From contig JAHFOV010000004.1 in the NCBI GenBank assembly GCA_023261505.1, forward strand, positions 1 to 63,752: a DNA stretch of 63,752 nt, written 5' to 3'. A program made the translations under genes and the position numbers. Shown here in pieces: positions 60,698-63,752 of this stretch. The first letter of the stretch is position 1. Each line of letters begins with the position of its first letter. The notes below the pieces were generated by a model. That model was not told where the DNA came from, did not search any database, and saw only the letters and a list, made by a program, of their open reading frames with translations. The DNA is from Planctomycetota bacterium (GTDB taxonomy: Bacteria; Planctomycetota; Brocadiia; Brocadiales; Bathyanammoxibiaceae).

Positions 60698-60753
60698 TTT
60701 TATATTGTTTGGAGTCAAATAGAGCGGTTTTCTGTAACTTTTTACATAAAAAG

Positions 60754-60827
60754 CGCGCCGGGAAGGATTCGAACCCTCGACCGACGGATTAGAAATCCGT
60801 TGCTCTATCCAACTGAGCTACCGGCGC
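60754..60827 (-). tRNA. tRNA-Arg(TCT)
   Basis: GCGCCGG acceptor stem, ACGGA-TTTCTAA-TCCGT anticodon arm and GGTTCGAATCC; CCA not encoded. Confidence 0.95.
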
Positions 60828-61509
60828 ACCTATCGTCTACGTTTCTCAAAGGAAACCAGTCAATATATTAACAATTTATGAACTTTTACTCAATTCCCAA
60901 ATTGTTTTCCACGCAAGTAGCAAACATTTTGTAGGATTGCCAAGTGTTTGTTATAAGGCATATTACAAACTAGTACCTATTAAGAATTTTTAGACCGAGC
61001 GTAGTTTTAGGTTGGCTATCTGCTGCGAGTGCTGTACTGCATATTTTGTAAGATGTCCAGCTATTGAGGAGATTTTATTTTAAGCGGAATTGTTCGTCTT
61101 AAGAGACAGGGGGCGGTAGGAAAAATTGGCCGAGAGGGACCTGTCGAAAGCTCGCCAGACGCCTTCTCCAGTTCCAAATGCTGCAATCGTAAAGGCTAGT
61201 GCCTTTGGTAGATTGCCTTTTAAGGAATTTCCCCGTATTCTTAATCTTTATTAGTGTTCGAGAATTTGAGATTTAGAGATTTTAAACCATAAAAACTAAA
61301 ATCTCCGTCAACCAAAAATCTCTCCCTTTCTTGACCAATCTACCTAAGGCAAAGAAAGCCCACACCTTACCATTCGCTGACAGTAAATTTCCCTTCTTGT
61401 CAGTGCGCAACTTATAGTAGGAGGAAGACCCCTGAAAACAAAAAACACCATACAAAGATGTTTCGATAATCCGTCAAAACTTCCAGCTAAATGCTGTAAT
61501 GAGGAAATC

Positions 61510-61623
61510 TCAGTATGGATGACTTTCCTTCTCTCTCCTTTTCCGGATAACCATCAAGAAAGAGCCTACTCCAATCAGTATGGCAGCCACAATTGCTACT
61601 GCCACGACTATTATTTTTAACAT
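61510..61623 (-). CDS. 37-aa single-pass membrane microprotein
   Basis: GAAAGGAGG SD plus ATG; MLKIIVVAVAIVAAILIGVGSFLMVIRKRREKESHPY*, a TM helix followed by a basic cluster. Confidence 0.6.
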   Translation of the reverse strand: MLKIIVVAVAIVAAILIGVGSFLMVIRKRREKESHPY

Positions 61624-61818
61624 GTTAGCCTCCTTTCATCGATTTGTACATTGTTACTTTACACCTTGACACTAGTCTACGATATTGTGTAGATTTGTTC
61701 GATACACTTCTTATTTATAACGAATTAACATAAATGTACCATATATTTCTGAACTGTCAAGAATAATTATTCTTGTGAAGAATGTTTTGCATGCATGATT
61801 TACACCTTAGGTAGGGAT

Positions 61819-63243
61819 TTAGCGCTCAGGGGTTTTAGGACTTACTTCGGCGGTACAAAGTGCCTTCTTTCTAAAGGCATACGAGAAATAGACAACAAAA
61901 CCTATGACCAGCCAGATTCCGAACCTTATCCATGCCTCACGTGGAAGACCTATGAGGAGAAAGATGCAAAAGATTACACTAAGGATGGGTACAGCCGGTA
62001 CCCCTGGACACCGGAATGGGCGGTGCAGGTCTGGCCGCTTATATCTAAGGATGAGGACGCTAATACTGACGAGCATAAACGCAAAGATAGTGCCTATATT
62101 AGTAAGGTGTGCAACGGTCTCAATGGGCAGTAGCCCGGAAGCCGTGGCCACTGCTCCACCCACAATGAGGCTAGATATCCAGGGAGTTCTGAAACGGCCG
62201 TGAACGTGAGAAAAAACGCCCGGCAATAGCCCATCCCTTGACATGGCGAAGAATACCCTGGACTGCCCGAGGAGCAATCCCAAGAGCACACTACCCAACC
62301 CCATCACGCAACCTCCAGCCACTATAGGACCCAACCACTTGAGTCCCGTCACCTGACAGGCATGGGCCAGCGGAGCCGTAACGTCTATCTTGTCGTAATA
62401 TACCATCCCTGTCAGCACCAGGGCTACGGCAATGTATATAGCTGTGCATATACCAAGGGAACTGAGGATGCCAATAGGAAGGTTTTTACTGGGGTTTCTG
62501 GTCTCTTCCGCAATAGTGGTAAGGCCATCAAATCCTATGTATGCAAAAAATACTAACGATGCGCCAGTCAATACCCCGTTCCACCCAAAGGGGGCAATAG
62601 GACTCCAATTCTCAGGCTGTACCCAGAGACTGCCAACCCCCACCATCAAAAAGATTACAGATAGTTTTATCCCTACCATTACCATGTTAAAGATGGAGGA
62701 TTCCTTAATACCTAATACCAGGACGCCAGTAATGAGAAGGATAATAAGGACTGCCGGGAGATTGACCACGCCCTCACCCCCTGTTGCGACAGCGGAAGAG
62801 GACCAGGCTGGGAGCTGGATGCCGAAGCCTTGCAAAAAATTATGCAGATATCCAGACCAGCCTATAGCTACAGTACCAGCACCAACACCGTATTCCAGGA
62901 TAAGGTCCCATCCGATAACCCAGGCCATAAGCTCCCCCACGGCAGCATAGGAGTAGGTATATACGCTACCTGAAAGGGGAATAAGGGTAGCAAACTCCGC
63001 ATAGCAGAGGCCCGCCAGGGCACAGGCAATACTTGAAAAGGCAAAGGATATGGTCACTCCGGGTCCTGCATGCTGATGGGCGGCTATACCGCTCAAGACA
63101 AAGATACCTGCCCCAACGGTAGTGCCAACTCCAAAGATAATTAGGTCAGCGACACCAAGGGCCCTCTTCAGGCGGTATTGGTAAGTCTCGCTTTGTTCCA
63201 GGAGTTCTGGGATGGCCTTCTTTCTGAAGAGTCGTGAGGGCAG
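61819..63243 (-). CDS. APC-family amino acid permease (YfnA/YhdG-like), apparent CTG start
   Basis: GAGIFV, HAGP, CYAEFA, FAYIGFD and SRDGLLP; frame extends 49 codons above the ORF-track start to CTG 63243, which follows an in-frame TAA. Confidence 0.9.
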   Translation of the reverse strand: MPSRLFRKKAIPELLEQSETYQYRLKRALGVADLIIFGVGTTVGAGIFVLSGIAAHQHAGPGVTISFAFSSIACALAGLCYAEFATLIPLSGSVYTYSYAAVGELMAWVIGWDLILEYGVGAGTVAIGWSGYLHNFLQGFGIQLPAWSSSAVATGGEGVVNLPAVLIILLITGVLVLGIKESSIFNMVMVGIKLSVIFLMVGVGSLWVQPENWSPIAPFGWNGVLTGASLVFFAYIGFDGLTTIAEETRNPSKNLPIGILSSLGICTAIYIAVALVLTGMVYYDKIDVTAPLAHACQVTGLKWLGPIVAGGCVMGLGSVLLGLLLGQSRVFFAMSRDGLLPGVFSHVHGRFRTPWISSLIVGGAVATASGLLPIETVAHLTNIGTIFAFMLVSISVLILRYKRPDLHRPFRCPGVPAVPILSVIFCIFLLIGLPREAWIRFGIWLVIGFVVYFSYAFRKKALCTAEVSPKTPER

Positions 63244-63246
63244 GAG

Positions 63247-63752
63247 TTATCCTCCGTCGGCCTTTGTAGTATACCCAGGGCGGGCAGAAAGGAACGATTC
63301 CTTTGTCACAGCCCCCTCTATCCAGCCACCACCCAGTACAATGTCCCCCTCATAGAATACGGCAGCCTGCCCAGGAGTAATGGCCCTCTGCGGCTCACTG
63401 AATATCACCCTTACCCTGTCCTCGCCTTCAGTATAAAGGGTGGCTGGCACTGCAGGGTGGGTGTATCTTATCTTTACCTCCACCTGCCTTTCTTCCTCCA
63501 GGCCCTCTATGGCGACCCAATTGGTCCTGCTCACAAAAAATTCTTTCTCTAAAAGTTCTTCTTTAGTACCCACTATCACCGTACCCTCCTCAGGGTTTAT
63601 GGCTACTACGTAATAAGGGATACCCAAAGCCAGCCCTAGCCCTTTACGCTGGCCTATAGTGAAGAACTCAATACCGGGGTGTCTACCTAAAATCCTGTTG
63701 TGGGTATCCTTTATGAGGCCAGCTTTTGTCTCGCCCTTCCTCTCCTTGATAA
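63247..63752 (-). CDS. mnmA: tRNA 2-thiouridylase MnmA, C-terminal part (runs off the 3' edge)
   Basis: LGRHPGIEFFTIGQRKGLG, VKIRY, QRAITPGQAAVFY and LGGG.I. Confidence 0.95.
   Translation of the reverse strand, partial: IKERKGETKAGLIKDTHNRILGRHPGIEFFTIGQRKGLGLALGIPYYVVAINPEEGTVIVGTKEELLEKEFFVSRTNWVAIEGLEEERQVEVKIRYTHPAVPATLYTEGEDRVRVIFSEPQRAITPGQAAVFYEGDIVLGGGWIEGAVTKESFLSARPGYTTKADGG

Noticed and set aside
61090-61230. Riboswitch (SAM, glycine, cobalamin, c-di-GMP) candidates in the GC-richer stretch
   Set aside because: I could not find the conserved cores of any of these families, and no downstream gene is positioned to be regulated.

Overview
About 64 kb of mostly core chromosome from a moderately GC-rich, probably anaerobic bacterium. 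The L35/L20 sequence style and gene content suggest Planctomycetota, possibly Ca. Brocadiia-like; this is inference only. Housekeeping genes include lpxD, FBP aldolase/phosphatase, psd, ribE, pdxA, rsmA, tilS, pcm, selD, recJ, nuoEF-like, purQ, fhs, purL, tyrA, ftsH, uvrB, nadC, gpsA, glyA, prfB, galU, thrS-infC-rpmI-rplT and mnmA. There are also three tRNAs and a large sigma54 two-component pair. Recoding or non-standard decoding occurs several times: a Sec UGA in selD, the +1 frameshift in prfB, an ATT start in infC, an apparent CTG start in an APC permease, and an in-frame UAG splitting moaA. Small AT-rich insertions carry an AlbA_2/Schlafen protein, HEPN-MNT plus a UDG-like gene, a PD-(D/E)xK-like gene and a divergent HhH-GPD-like Cys-rich protein. 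A 1.8 kb REP-rich block of toxin-antitoxin debris lies between selD and a diverged relic of the selD 3' end. The least explained items are a secreted stand-alone STT3/AglB C-terminal-like domain (WWHHG for WWDYG), a membrane-anchored NTPase-TPR protein behind an MBL hydrolase, short palindromic repeats sitting in-frame inside several proteins, and intergenic inverted 7-mer arrays. I saw no CRISPR array, rRNA, integrase or prophage. All calls come from motif recognition by eye, not database searches.
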